Positions 46,507-55,337 of a stretch of DNA of 64,000 bases are shown here, piece by piece (the stretch's first letter is position 1; each line of letters opens with the position of its first letter). The translations under genes and the position numbers were made by a program. The DNA comes from Candidatus Adlerbacteria bacterium (GTDB lineage Bacteria; Patescibacteriota; Minisyncoccia; Phycocordibacterales; SBAW01): positions 299 through 64,298 of the forward strand of contig CAINNF010000008.1 in the NCBI GenBank assembly GCA_903851045.1, given 5' to 3'. The notes under the pieces are model-generated. The model saw only the letters and a list, made by a program, of their open reading frames with translations, searched no databases and was not told where the DNA came from.

Positions 46507-47407
46507 AGGTGGGGCACGGGACGTCGGGGCACGACAGCGACACGGGGCGGGCCTTCAGTGTGATGTTGTGGTGCTGTGCCACGCGCGCGATGATCTCTGC
46601 GCCGACGCTGAACGCGCGGTGCGTCGTATCGACCGTGATGAGTCTGCCGGTCTTCTTCACCGACGCGAACACGGTCTCGTAGTCTATCGGGTTGATACTC
46701 ACGAGGTCGATGATCTCTACACCCGCGTGCGTGCCGATCAGCTCGCGCGCCTGGAGCGTCGCAACGAGTCCGTCGCCGTAGGTCACCACCGTGACCATGT
46801 CTCCCGTGACGACCACGCGTGCCTCATCGAGCGGCACCGTGTACGACTCCTCGGGCACCGCCTGTTTGGTCCCGTACAGCCAACGAGGTTCGAGCATGAC
46901 GACCGGGTTGTTGTCCGCGATAGCGGACGCGAGCAGACCTTTCGCCAGGTAGGGTGTCGACGGGATGACGACCTTCAGTCCTGGCACACTGCCAAAGAGC
47001 GCGTGGAGCGCCTGTGTGTGTTGCGGCCCATTCCCCCACTGCCGACCAAGGGCGATACGAAAGACGATCGGTACCGGGTTGCCGCCGCCGAACATGTAGT
47101 TCCACTTCGCCGCCTGGGTAAAGATAGGATCGTACGCGAGCATCGCGAACTCGACGCGGCCATGGTGCACGATCGGTCGCAGTCCGTTGATGGCGGCACC
47201 CACCGCCATGCCCGTGAACGCGTTCTCCGAGACCGGCACGTCGAGTATGCGGTCGGGATATTTTACCTTCAGCCCCGCGGTCGTCCCATCCGCGCCGTTG
47301 GGGTAGGAGACGCCAAGGCCGATGACGAAGACCGACTGGTCCTTCTCCATCGCCTGGTCGGTCGCCTCTTTCAGCGCTTCGGTGTATTTGATGATTCGCT
47401 CAGGCAT
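46253..47407 (-). CDS. 2-oxoacid (pyruvate/acetoin) dehydrogenase E1 component beta subunit (transketolase-like) with Pro/Thr-rich about 60-aa C-terminal tail
   Basis: 384 aa. Motifs VFVIGLGV...DVPVSENAFTGMAVGAAINGLRPIV...VVMLEPRWLYG. The tail SPNHTITIEPSPIPSTVLMTVPPEKEHPRQIEDAPTDKTTTQRPR is not part of a canonical E1 beta. Confidence 0.85.
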   Translation of the reverse strand: MPERIIKYTEALKEATDQAMEKDQSVFVIGLGVSYPNGADGTTAGLKVKYPDRILDVPVSENAFTGMAVGAAINGLRPIVHHGRVEFAMLAYDPIFTQAAKWNYMFGGGNPVPIVFRIALGRQWGNGPQHTQALHALFGSVPGLKVVIPSTPYLAKGLLASAIADNNPVVMLEPRWLYGTKQAVPEESYTVPLDEARVVVTGDMVTVVTYGDGLVATLQARELIGTHAGVEIIDLVSINPIDYETVFASVKKTGRLITVDTTHRAFSVGAEIIARVAQHHNITLKARPVSLSCPDVPCPTSTALTETYYPTKIDIANAILRLFGKTPLATKLSFEELHLSPNHTITIEPSPIPSTVLMTVPPEKEHPRQIEDAPTDKTTTQRPR

Positions 47408-49391
47408 AGACGTGTGTGGTTAGTTCTTGTTCGTTCGGGTATGCGGCTTTCTGTGCATCGTCGATAGCTGCGAGCACCTGGGCGCGCACGTCAGTGTCGA
47501 TCTGTGCGAGCGTCTCTTCGGTAACACCTTGGGTAAGGAGCGTCTGTCGCAAACGCTTGATACTATCGTTCTTCGATCGAACTTCGGGCGTATCCTCTTC
47601 GCGATACCCCTGTGCATCATCGAACAGCGGGGCGCTGTGCGCCATGTGTCGGTACGTCATGCACTCCAGGACCGCGGGGGTCTTGGTCTTTCGGATCGAC
47701 GCGACCAGCTCCTTCGCCTTCGCGAGCACGTCCTCGTAGTCGTTGCCGTCCGCTTTCTTGTACTGGACGCCGAACCCCGTCACGATGTGTTCGACATCAT
47801 ACTTGGGAGAGCGACGATCCTTGAGTTTGGAGTTGACCGAATAGAGATTGTTCTCGACCACCAGCAAGAGTGGGAGTTTGAACAGTGCGGACAGATTGAG
47901 CGTCTCGTACACGCCGCCCTCCTCCGACGCCCCGTCGCCGACGAACGCGACCGAGATCCCGCGCTGGTGGTTGTACGCTTGCGCGAACGCAGACCCTGCC
48001 GCGAGCGGGACGGCACTCCCGAGTATCGGCGTCGACCCGACGAAATTGACCGACTTGTCTATCATATGCATCGAGCCACCTTTGCCGTGTGCCACACCCC
48101 CTTCCTTGCCGATCATCTCGCGCACCATGGCGCGCAGGTCGCCGCCTTTGGCGAGATAATGTCCGTGCGAACGGTGGTTGCCCATCACCTTGTCCTGCGG
48201 CTGGAGCGCATCGCACACGCCGGTCGCGACCGCCTCTTGTCCCACATAAAAATGTACGAAGCTCATGATCTTGTGCTTGAGGTACAGCTGCGCGATCTCC
48301 TCTTCGGCGGCGCGCATGTAACTCATCTTGGTGTACGCGCGCAGGAGCGGCGATGGCTGCAGGTCGATGAGGATACGGCTCGCCTCGCCCTTGCGCACCA
48401 GGTCGATCGCCTCGTTGATCTTGTGGATCGGGACACGGTGCGTGATGAGATTGTCGATATTGAGCAACCCGCTTTGGTAGAGCTTGATGTAGCGCGGGAT
48501 CTCGATGCTCGGCGAGAATTGTCCGCCTTGCGTCGCCTTGATCATCTTGCCACTGCCGCCAAAGAAGTGGTTCGCGTTCTTCAGCTCCACCGTCTCGCCG
48601 GGCTTGGGTTGGCCGACCATGATGAAGCGTCCTGTGCCAGAGAGAAGTTGGAGCGTCTCTTCGATGCTGCGCGGACTCCCCGAGGTGTCGATGATGACAT
48701 CCACTTCTTTTATGCCGAACGCCTTATGGAGAGCCTCTTTGATCGACTCGTGCTTACCGTTTATATACAGGTCCGCGCCGAGCTGCTCGGCGACCGCCTT
48801 CTTACTATCATGGATATCGACGCTGATGATGGGGTACGCGCTCACCATCTTCGCCGCTTTGATGAGGTTGACCCCAAGCCCGCCTGCGCCGACGATCATG
48901 ATCCCTTCCCCCATCTTGAGATTCGCCTCCAAGTTCACGGTGCCAAGCGCGGTCGAGAGACTGCATCCCAAGAGCGCGCACAACTCCTCCGGTGTATCCT
49001 GCGGGACGGGCGTGATGCGGTTCTCCGACACGATGGAATATTCGCTGAACGTGGTGACCTTGCCGCTTTTGATGACTTTGCCGTTGAAGATGTAGGACGG
49101 AAAATCGGATTCGATACCATCCCCTTTGCGCCAATGCATGACGACCTTATCGCCCTTTTTTACCTTCGTCACGCCAGCACCGATATCCTCGACGATACCG
49201 CACCCTTCGTGACCCATGAGATGCGGGAGGAACGCCGCGTTGCCTTTGTGGCCACCGATCTCTTGGAGCTGCGAACCGCAGATGCCGCTCACCAACACCT
49301 TCACCAATACCTGACCGAACAAGAGCTCCGTCAGACCAACATCCGCGACCGTGAGCGGCGCATTGATAGCTTCGAGGACAGCGGCTTTCAT
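47400..49391 (-). CDS. Fusion protein: N-terminal Zn-dependent medium-chain alcohol dehydrogenase plus C-terminal TPP-dependent 2-oxoacid dehydrogenase E1 alpha subunit
   Basis: ADH half has MKAAVLEA...GICGSQL...HLMGHEGCGIVEDIG and GAGGLGV. E1-alpha half has YVGQEAVATGV...HRSHGHYLAKGGD...GSMHM...GDGASEEGGVYETLNLSAL...LLVVENNLYS. Continuous frame with no internal stop. Overlaps the E1-beta gene by 8 nt. The start is set at the internal MKAAVL. Confidence 0.8.
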   Translation of the reverse strand: MKAAVLEAINAPLTVADVGLTELLFGQVLVKVLVSGICGSQLQEIGGHKGNAAFLPHLMGHEGCGIVEDIGAGVTKVKKGDKVVMHWRKGDGIESDFPSYIFNGKVIKSGKVTTFSEYSIVSENRITPVPQDTPEELCALLGCSLSTALGTVNLEANLKMGEGIMIVGAGGLGVNLIKAAKMVSAYPIISVDIHDSKKAVAEQLGADLYINGKHESIKEALHKAFGIKEVDVIIDTSGSPRSIEETLQLLSGTGRFIMVGQPKPGETVELKNANHFFGGSGKMIKATQGGQFSPSIEIPRYIKLYQSGLLNIDNLITHRVPIHKINEAIDLVRKGEASRILIDLQPSPLLRAYTKMSYMRAAEEEIAQLYLKHKIMSFVHFYVGQEAVATGVCDALQPQDKVMGNHRSHGHYLAKGGDLRAMVREMIGKEGGVAHGKGGSMHMIDKSVNFVGSTPILGSAVPLAAGSAFAQAYNHQRGISVAFVGDGASEEGGVYETLNLSALFKLPLLLVVENNLYSVNSKLKDRRSPKYDVEHIVTGFGVQYKKADGNDYEDVLAKAKELVASIRKTKTPAVLECMTYRHMAHSAPLFDDAQGYREEDTPEVRSKNDSIKRLRQTLLTQGVTEETLAQIDTDVRAQVLAAIDDAQKAAYPNEQELTTHVYA

Positions 49392-49420
49392 TGGCTTGAA
49401 GTATAGTGTAAAACTAATCA

Positions 49421-50119
49421 ATGTCCAGCATCGTCGTGTACCACCCTGTCGGTCTAGGTGACCACCTCGCATGCAGCGGTATCGTGCGCACGTACGCCAC
49501 CACCCACGACCGGGTCGGGGTCTTTTGCCTAGAGCAGAACTACCCGTCGGTCTCCGCTCTCTACCGCGACCTACCGAACGTGACCGTGCTGCGCGTGCGG
49601 TCGCACCGGGACATACAGCGCTTCCGCTTGCGCAACGCGATGCATCTCACCCGCAATCATTACGACCGGGTACTCAACGTGCGGGTGCTCGACGAAGAGT
49701 CCGGTATCCAATACGAAAAGCAATTGTATCGATCCGCGAACGTACCGATCGAGAACCTATGGGACAAATTCTTGCTCCAACGAGACGCCGCGGCGGAGCG
49801 AGCACTGATGGAGAAGCTGCATGCACCCGGCGCATACCAGTTCATCCACGAAGACGCGCGCTTCCCGCTGACACCGACCAAATTGTCGAACCTCCCCGCA
49901 CTGCGACCGGACCTCGCGCTGACGAAGAACATCTTCGACTACTGCTCGGTCATCGAGTGCGCCCAGGAGATCAACGTCATGGACTCGTCGTTCATGTTCC
50001 TCGTCGATTGTCTCGACTACACTGCGCCGAACCAGAAGCGATTCATACACCGCTACGCTCGACCGAACATGCCGTGGAACCTGCCCCTCCTACGCAAGCA
50101 ATGGACCATACTCACCTAA
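49421..50119 (+). CDS. Hypothetical protein (possibly glycosyltransferase-related)
   Basis: 232-aa ORF with plausible codon usage. No confident family. Confidence 0.35.
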   Translation: MSSIVVYHPVGLGDHLACSGIVRTYATTHDRVGVFCLEQNYPSVSALYRDLPNVTVLRVRSHRDIQRFRLRNAMHLTRNHYDRVLNVRVLDEESGIQYEKQLYRSANVPIENLWDKFLLQRDAAAERALMEKLHAPGAYQFIHEDARFPLTPTKLSNLPALRPDLALTKNIFDYCSVIECAQEINVMDSSFMFLVDCLDYTAPNQKRFIHRYARPNMPWNLPLLRKQWTILT

Positions 50120-50124
50120 CACGT

Positions 50125-51015
50125 ATGCAAGAACTCGTTATAACAAAACCGGGATGCAAAGAGTTCGCGCACGAGCTTGAAAATTATCTGCACCTCTGCG
50201 CCTATGGGATAGAGACGGGTGTGGTGGTACGCAACCCATCCTTCTTCGCACACCACCGTTTTTTTACATTGGTCGCGCGCGAGTCCCGGATGACGAGACT
50301 CTTTTCGCGTCTCGCGACATGCACACGCGCGATACCACTCCTGCGCGTCGCGCACGCTCTGTACGCTCGCTATATCTTTCGCTCATGCGCGACGTGCTGT
50401 GTCACCGCTTGGCGCGCGCCAACCTTCTTGCCACTCTCCGAAACCCTGCTGAAAAAAGTTGCCACAGGTGAGCAGGTGTATAGCTACGGATGGTTGTTTC
50501 GCCACACGAAGGGGCTCGCTCCGTATCGCAGCCAACTGCTCGAAGCGTTCAAGCCGGCACGACAGGTGCAAGACACGATCGACCAGGTCATCGCGCCTGT
50601 CGCGCGAACACACACGCTCATTGGTGTGCAGGTCAGACAGCGACCATATACCGGTTTTGCCGATGGTACATACCTCGTCCATCTCTCAAGGGTCCGTACG
50701 ATCATCGAAGAGTATCTCGACATGCGCCGTCTCGACAAAAAAGATGTCGCGCTCGTGATCGTGTCCGACGAAGGGGTACCCGCCGAACTGTTCGCCGACT
50801 ACACGACGTTCGTGTCACCCGAACCCGAGCCGACCAACCTGTTCCTGCTCGCCCACTGCAGCGTCGTCATCGGCGAGAATGGTTCGTACGCTAACCTTGC
50901 CGCCTGGTTCGGCGATGTCCCCCACATCGTGACGAGCGAGTCGTCGATCGACTGGGACCACTACAAAGACAAGCGAAGGTACTTTGCGAACGACTACCTG
51001 ACACTGGTTCGTTGA
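50125..51015 (+). CDS. Putative GT11-like (alpha-1,2-fucosyltransferase-like) glycosyltransferase
   Basis: Starts at MQELVITKPG (ATG 50125). The N-terminal 218 aa of the 49471 track ORF is Arg/Pro-rich out-of-frame noise. C-terminal CSVVIGENGSYANLAAWFG resembles the GT11 motif xSNSTFSWWAA, and GVQVRQRPY resembles the HxRRGDY motif. Confidence 0.35.
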   Translation: MQELVITKPGCKEFAHELENYLHLCAYGIETGVVVRNPSFFAHHRFFTLVARESRMTRLFSRLATCTRAIPLLRVAHALYARYIFRSCATCCVTAWRAPTFLPLSETLLKKVATGEQVYSYGWLFRHTKGLAPYRSQLLEAFKPARQVQDTIDQVIAPVARTHTLIGVQVRQRPYTGFADGTYLVHLSRVRTIIEEYLDMRRLDKKDVALVIVSDEGVPAELFADYTTFVSPEPEPTNLFLLAHCSVVIGENGSYANLAAWFGDVPHIVTSESSIDWDHYKDKRRYFANDYLTLVR

Positions 51016-52022
51016 ACGAACGAATTCTTGCAGGCATCGGCGACCGCGCGCATGTCGATCTTGTCGATGCAGTCGGGATAGTTCTTGGATACATGTGGCG
51101 TGCACAGGTCCTCGCGCGTGAACTGCTGCGCTGCACGAGCGCCATACTGCTCGGGAAACCACCAGTTGGGTCCGAGACAGGTGCGCATGACGACTAGGGG
51201 TCTGCCGATCTGCGCCGTGATGTGTGCGATGCCGGTATCGACACTCACTACGCCTATGCTCGAGTTGATCAGCTGCAGCATATCTTGCAGCGACGCACTA
51301 CCCGCCACCGTCACACTGTTCGACACACCATCGAGCATCGTCTGTGTCGTCGCCTGGTCGGCTGCGCCACCACTCAGCACGATCGTCGTCTCAGGAAAGC
51401 GCGCTCGCAGGTGTTCGATCAGCTCTCGAGCTTTCTGCGGGCTGATACTGCGCCCCGCGTTACCCGCGAAAAAGTGCGCGACGATGTAGCGACCAGACTG
51501 GAGAGAAAATCGTTCGAGCACCGCTGGCTGTGCGGTCACCCGTAGTTGCGGATATGGTACGAGCACCGATAATCCTGCGGCACGCAATGCTTCGCGCTCG
51601 TGTTCGGCGACCGCATGGTCAGGACGCACCGGCAGCAGGTGGTCATACAGAAAAGTGTTCCAACGTGAAGCGTCTTTGAAGCCGACGAGTCCACCGCGAC
51701 GAGCCAAGACACGCGCGGCGAGTTTGCTCGCCATGCCGAATCGCCCACCGTGTTTGCCTGCGTATTGCGTCACCACGAGTTCGCTCCCATGGAAGTGTCT
51801 CCAGAGTCTGAACAATCCACGGATGTCGCGACGGTTGGTCTCGATGACCTCGATGTAGGGAGCGTTCGCGAGCAGGTCGCGGATCATGCCGCCACGACTC
51901 GCTATCACGATACCGAGGCGCGCCTCGGGAAACTCGGCGTGTACATTGTCGAGCAGATACTTCGCCATCAAACAATCACCGATGGATGATGCGCGGAACG
52001 TCAGCGCTTTCGTGATCTTCAT
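50994..52022 (-). CDS. GT9 glycosyltransferase (ADP-heptose:acceptor heptosyltransferase family)
   Basis: 342 aa. Motifs ASSIGDCLMAKY...FAGNAGRSISPQKA...VDTGIAHITAQIGRPLVVM. Confidence 0.8.
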   Translation of the reverse strand: MKITKALTFRASSIGDCLMAKYLLDNVHAEFPEARLGIVIASRGGMIRDLLANAPYIEVIETNRRDIRGLFRLWRHFHGSELVVTQYAGKHGGRFGMASKLAARVLARRGGLVGFKDASRWNTFLYDHLLPVRPDHAVAEHEREALRAAGLSVLVPYPQLRVTAQPAVLERFSLQSGRYIVAHFFAGNAGRSISPQKARELIEHLRARFPETTIVLSGGAADQATTQTMLDGVSNSVTVAGSASLQDMLQLINSSIGVVSVDTGIAHITAQIGRPLVVMRTCLGPNWWFPEQYGARAAQQFTREDLCTPHVSKNYPDCIDKIDMRAVADACKNSFVQRTSVR

Positions 52023-52031
52023 ATATGTATA

Positions 52032-52637
52032 TTATCGTATGACCTCCAACTCCCATGTCAGGCACTCGGTCGGTAGCAGGAGCGAGAGGTATTGGTCATA
52101 GAACGTCGGATGCGACTCGATGAACGACTTGAGCGCGCGCTTCAGCGGATGCTTCGACGGATGCGGCCAGCCGTACCAAAAGCCCACCTTGCGAAAGAGA
52201 AAGTCGGTGTACCGATACTGCGCGAGCTTCGTACCGTCGATACAGTAGTCGAGCGTCTGTGTCGCGAAAAAATGCACATGTGTCGGATCGTTGAACGCGT
52301 CCACGCAGCGAAAGTACGGCACCTGTATGACCACGCGTCCGCCGGGCTTGGTGATACGGTGCAACTCGCCGAGCGTCGCGAGCACGTCGTCCACATGTTC
52401 CAGAACATGGTTGCCGAACGTGAGGTCGAACGAATCGTCGGCGACCGGCCACGGGCGCTGGTTCACATCGTGCACGATATCGACCGATGGGAGCGTGAGC
52501 CGGTCCATCCCCACCGCGCCGGGGAGCTTTCGGCCACCACACCCGAAGTCGAGCGCCGCAGCACCCTGCAGGATGTCCTCTCGCACGAACCCGGACAGAG
52601 TATAGATACGCGGGGCCCACAGTGTCGTGCTGTCCAT
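52032..52637 (-). CDS. Class I SAM-dependent methyltransferase
   Basis: 201 aa. Motif ALDFGCGGRKLPGAVGMD (motif I). Methyltransf_11-like size. Confidence 0.7.
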   Translation of the reverse strand: MDSTTLWAPRIYTLSGFVREDILQGAAALDFGCGGRKLPGAVGMDRLTLPSVDIVHDVNQRPWPVADDSFDLTFGNHVLEHVDDVLATLGELHRITKPGGRVVIQVPYFRCVDAFNDPTHVHFFATQTLDYCIDGTKLAQYRYTDFLFRKVGFWYGWPHPSKHPLKRALKSFIESHPTFYDQYLSLLLPTECLTWELEVIR

Positions 52638-52715
52638 ACACGCAACGGTAGCACGAAAAGTGCTTAGTAAAAATAGTGGCGACAGGGTATACTGTCATAC
52701 ATACTCGCATCACGT

Positions 52716-53453
52716 ATGGACACGACACCGGACGACGCACGATCTTTCACCATCTCGCAAGGCACCTTTTGGGCCTCACCCACCGGGGACAGCAAGATGT
52801 TCTACAATCTCGAGAAGCTGCACAAGTTCTACGATGCGGACTTTGCGACGACGATAGGGTCCTTCCTTGGTCCCGACGCGGTCGTCGCGGACATCGGAGC
52901 GAACATCGGCGAGTTCTCGGTCGCTATCGCCCCGCACGCACGAAAGGTCTATGCGTTCGAGCCGGTCGCACGCTCTCGCGCGCTCCTGACCAAGAACACG
53001 GCCGCCACCCCGAACGTCGAGATCATCGCCTGTGCGCTCGGGAACACCGAAGGTACCGTGAATCTCACGCCCGACACCGCGAACAACTCCGGCACCTATC
53101 GGGTGACCGGTGAAGGGTCCATACCACTGCGCACGCTCGACTCGTTCGCTATCGACCCGAGCTTCATCAAGATAGACGTACAAGGTCTCGACATCCGCGT
53201 GCTCCAGGGTGCAGTGAAGACCATAGAGAAGAACAAACCAACGGTGTTGTTCGAGATCTGCGACCTGACCATCAAGTACGGAGGTATCCGTTCACTGCGC
53301 ACCATACTGCCTGGGTACACACTGCGATACTTCCCCAGTCTCAAAAAAGTATCCCTGTTTTCATTAGGACTTGAGCTGACGCTGAGATACTACCTTACAC
53401 GACCACGACACTACGACATCCTCGCCACACCGCCTGAGGTCAAGAACTCGTAG
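52716..53453 (+). CDS. FkbM-family methyltransferase
   Basis: Motifs VVADIGANIGEFS...YAFEP...IKIDVQGLD. Confidence 0.7.
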   Translation: MDTTPDDARSFTISQGTFWASPTGDSKMFYNLEKLHKFYDADFATTIGSFLGPDAVVADIGANIGEFSVAIAPHARKVYAFEPVARSRALLTKNTAATPNVEIIACALGNTEGTVNLTPDTANNSGTYRVTGEGSIPLRTLDSFAIDPSFIKIDVQGLDIRVLQGAVKTIEKNKPTVLFEICDLTIKYGGIRSLRTILPGYTLRYFPSLKKVSLFSLGLELTLRYYLTRPRHYDILATPPEVKNS

Positions 53454-53457
53454 GACA

Positions 53458-54600
53458 TCACACCGGATACCGCGACTGCATGAAGGTGATGATCCGTCTC
53501 GCGCGCATCTCCCACGTGAGCGTCCGCACTTTCGCTTGCGCATGCGCTGCCCGCTCGGGTGTGTCCGACCCGACAAGCGCATCAGCTACGGCTTGCGCGA
53601 GCGAGTCGGCATCATCCGGCTCGAAGAGGTATGCTTCGCTCGGTGACAGGACATCGGTCACTGCCGGAGTCGCGCTCGCCACGATCGGTGTCTTGGATGC
53701 CATGTACTCGAACAGCTTCATCGGCGACGTATACCGACTGGAGTCCTCGTTCTTGTTCGTCCCCAGCAGCAACAGCGCATCGGACGCTCGCAACCACAGC
53801 GGTATCTCCCCCACTGGTCGCTCGCCCATGAAGACGAGGTTATGGGGGATCGCCGTCGCCCCGGTCACCTGCATGAACGACTCTTTGGTGCCACCAACGA
53901 TGTAACACTGCACGCCAGGAGGCAGTTTCTCGCACGCAGGCAGTACGATATCGAGACCTTTCCACTGATAGAACCGGCCGACGTAGAGCACGATCTTCGT
54001 GTCCTGCGGGAGAGAGAGCTTTTCGCGCGCCTCGCGTCGTGTCACCTCGAGCGCGAACGATGAGAGGTCGACGCCGTTGGGTGCCGAGATCACCTTGGTC
54101 TCGGGTAGATGATAGTCGTCGATAAGGCGTTGCCGGATAAGCCCGTTGGTAGCCACCACACCGGTCGCACGCACGAAGAAGAAACGCTGCACCCACGAAG
54201 GCGTCTTGGGCGTGTGCATCTCGGTGAACGTCTTCCCCACCAGCGGCAGCGGTGCGTACGAAAAGGAATCCATGTCTATCGTGTAGACCGTGAAGCGCTC
54301 GCCGCGCATCTTTTTGTACCACAGCAGACACTCGACGAACACGATAAAAAAGAACGAGCCGAGCGCGAACCCGAGAGGGCCAGCGCGATAGAGATCGAGC
54401 GTCGGGACCAGCACCCGCGGCACGTCATGGGACAGACCATAGAAGTCCTTCAACGACTGCTTCTGTGTCTGGCGTCGCGGCACAATGAGGGTGAGGTCTA
54501 TGCCGTGCGCCACGAAAGCCTCGCACATCTTGGCGATCTGGATGCCGTGCGCCTTTTCGTTCGGCATGCGCGCGTTCGCGACGTAGTAGAGCTTCCGCAT
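53458..54600 (-). CDS. GT4 (GT-B, retaining) glycosyltransferase
   Basis: 380 aa. C-terminal EX7E-like region SPMKLFEYMASKTPIVAS. Confidence 0.8.
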   Translation of the reverse strand: MRKLYYVANARMPNEKAHGIQIAKMCEAFVAHGIDLTLIVPRRQTQKQSLKDFYGLSHDVPRVLVPTLDLYRAGPLGFALGSFFFIVFVECLLWYKKMRGERFTVYTIDMDSFSYAPLPLVGKTFTEMHTPKTPSWVQRFFFVRATGVVATNGLIRQRLIDDYHLPETKVISAPNGVDLSSFALEVTRREAREKLSLPQDTKIVLYVGRFYQWKGLDIVLPACEKLPPGVQCYIVGGTKESFMQVTGATAIPHNLVFMGERPVGEIPLWLRASDALLLLGTNKNEDSSRYTSPMKLFEYMASKTPIVASATPAVTDVLSPSEAYLFEPDDADSLAQAVADALVGSDTPERAAHAQAKVRTLTWEMRARRIITFMQSRYPV

Positions 54601-54620
54601 ATGGTTACTCTACTATAACT

Positions 54621-55337
54621 TCATGTACGGGCGCGAGGTCTCTTCACGCCACCATGGATGATCCAGTCGGCCAACAACACTCCGATCGCCCAAAGACCGT
54701 CCCGGTATCGGATCTTCTTGCCCTCGGCGCGCGTGCGCGGACGATACGTGATAGGCACTTCAGCGAAACGATACCCAGCCCGGGACAGGGCCGCCGCGAT
54801 AAGGATGTCGGACTCGAACCCGCCCGCTTTGAACAGATGCGCCGACTCTCGGGGAAATAGTTTGTAGCAGGTGCACACATCGGTGAGCTGCAGATCGTGC
54901 AACGTGTTCACCAATATCGTGAGCACCCGCACGCCGGTACGCGGCAGGAGCGACCCCTTCACCGTGTGGGGGGAAATGGTGCGAGAGCCATACACGACCT
55001 CCGCATGACCCGCATGTATCGGCTCGAGCAGTGCCGCGATTTCTCCCGGGTCATACTCGAGATCGGCATCCTGGATGACCACGTAGTCGCCGGTCGCTTG
55101 CGCGAAACCGGTGCGTACCGCGGTCCCCTTCCCACCGTTCTTCGGTTGCCGGATAGAGGATATCCGGTCCGCATAGGTCGCCAGGATCTTCGACGAGCCG
55201 TCCGTCGACGCATCATCGACCACGATGATCTCTTTCTCCCACGGCACAGGGAGCGTTATCGCGAGCACCTTGGTCAGCAACGCATCGAGCGTCTTCTCTT
55301 CGTTATAGCACGGTATGATGATGGAGAGCTTAGGCAT
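54621..55337 (-). CDS. GT2 polyprenol-phosphate sugar synthase (DPM1/ArnC/GtrB-like)
   Basis: Motifs MPKLSIIIPCYNEEKTL...IIVVDDASTDGS...VIQDADLEYDP. The start is moved to MPKLS (ATG at 55337), which overlaps the upstream gene's stop. Confidence 0.8.
   Translation of the reverse strand: MPKLSIIIPCYNEEKTLDALLTKVLAITLPVPWEKEIIVVDDASTDGSSKILATYADRISSIRQPKNGGKGTAVRTGFAQATGDYVVIQDADLEYDPGEIAALLEPIHAGHAEVVYGSRTISPHTVKGSLLPRTGVRVLTILVNTLHDLQLTDVCTCYKLFPRESAHLFKAGGFESDILIAAALSRAGYRFAEVPITYRPRTRAEGKKIRYRDGLWAIGVLLADWIIHGGVKRPRART

Noticed and set aside
47427-49406. 659-aa plus-strand ORF and 46136..47467 plus-strand ORF opposite the E1 alpha/beta genes
   Set aside because: Both are antisense to genes with strong TPP-enzyme homology. 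The translations are Arg/Asp-rich noise.
49471-50124. N-terminal 218 aa of the 514-aa track ORF 49471..51015
   Set aside because: This part is Arg/Pro/Ala-rich (an out-of-frame reading of the 49421..50119 gene). A sensible protein begins only at MQELVITKPG (50125), so the ORF was truncated to 50125..51015.
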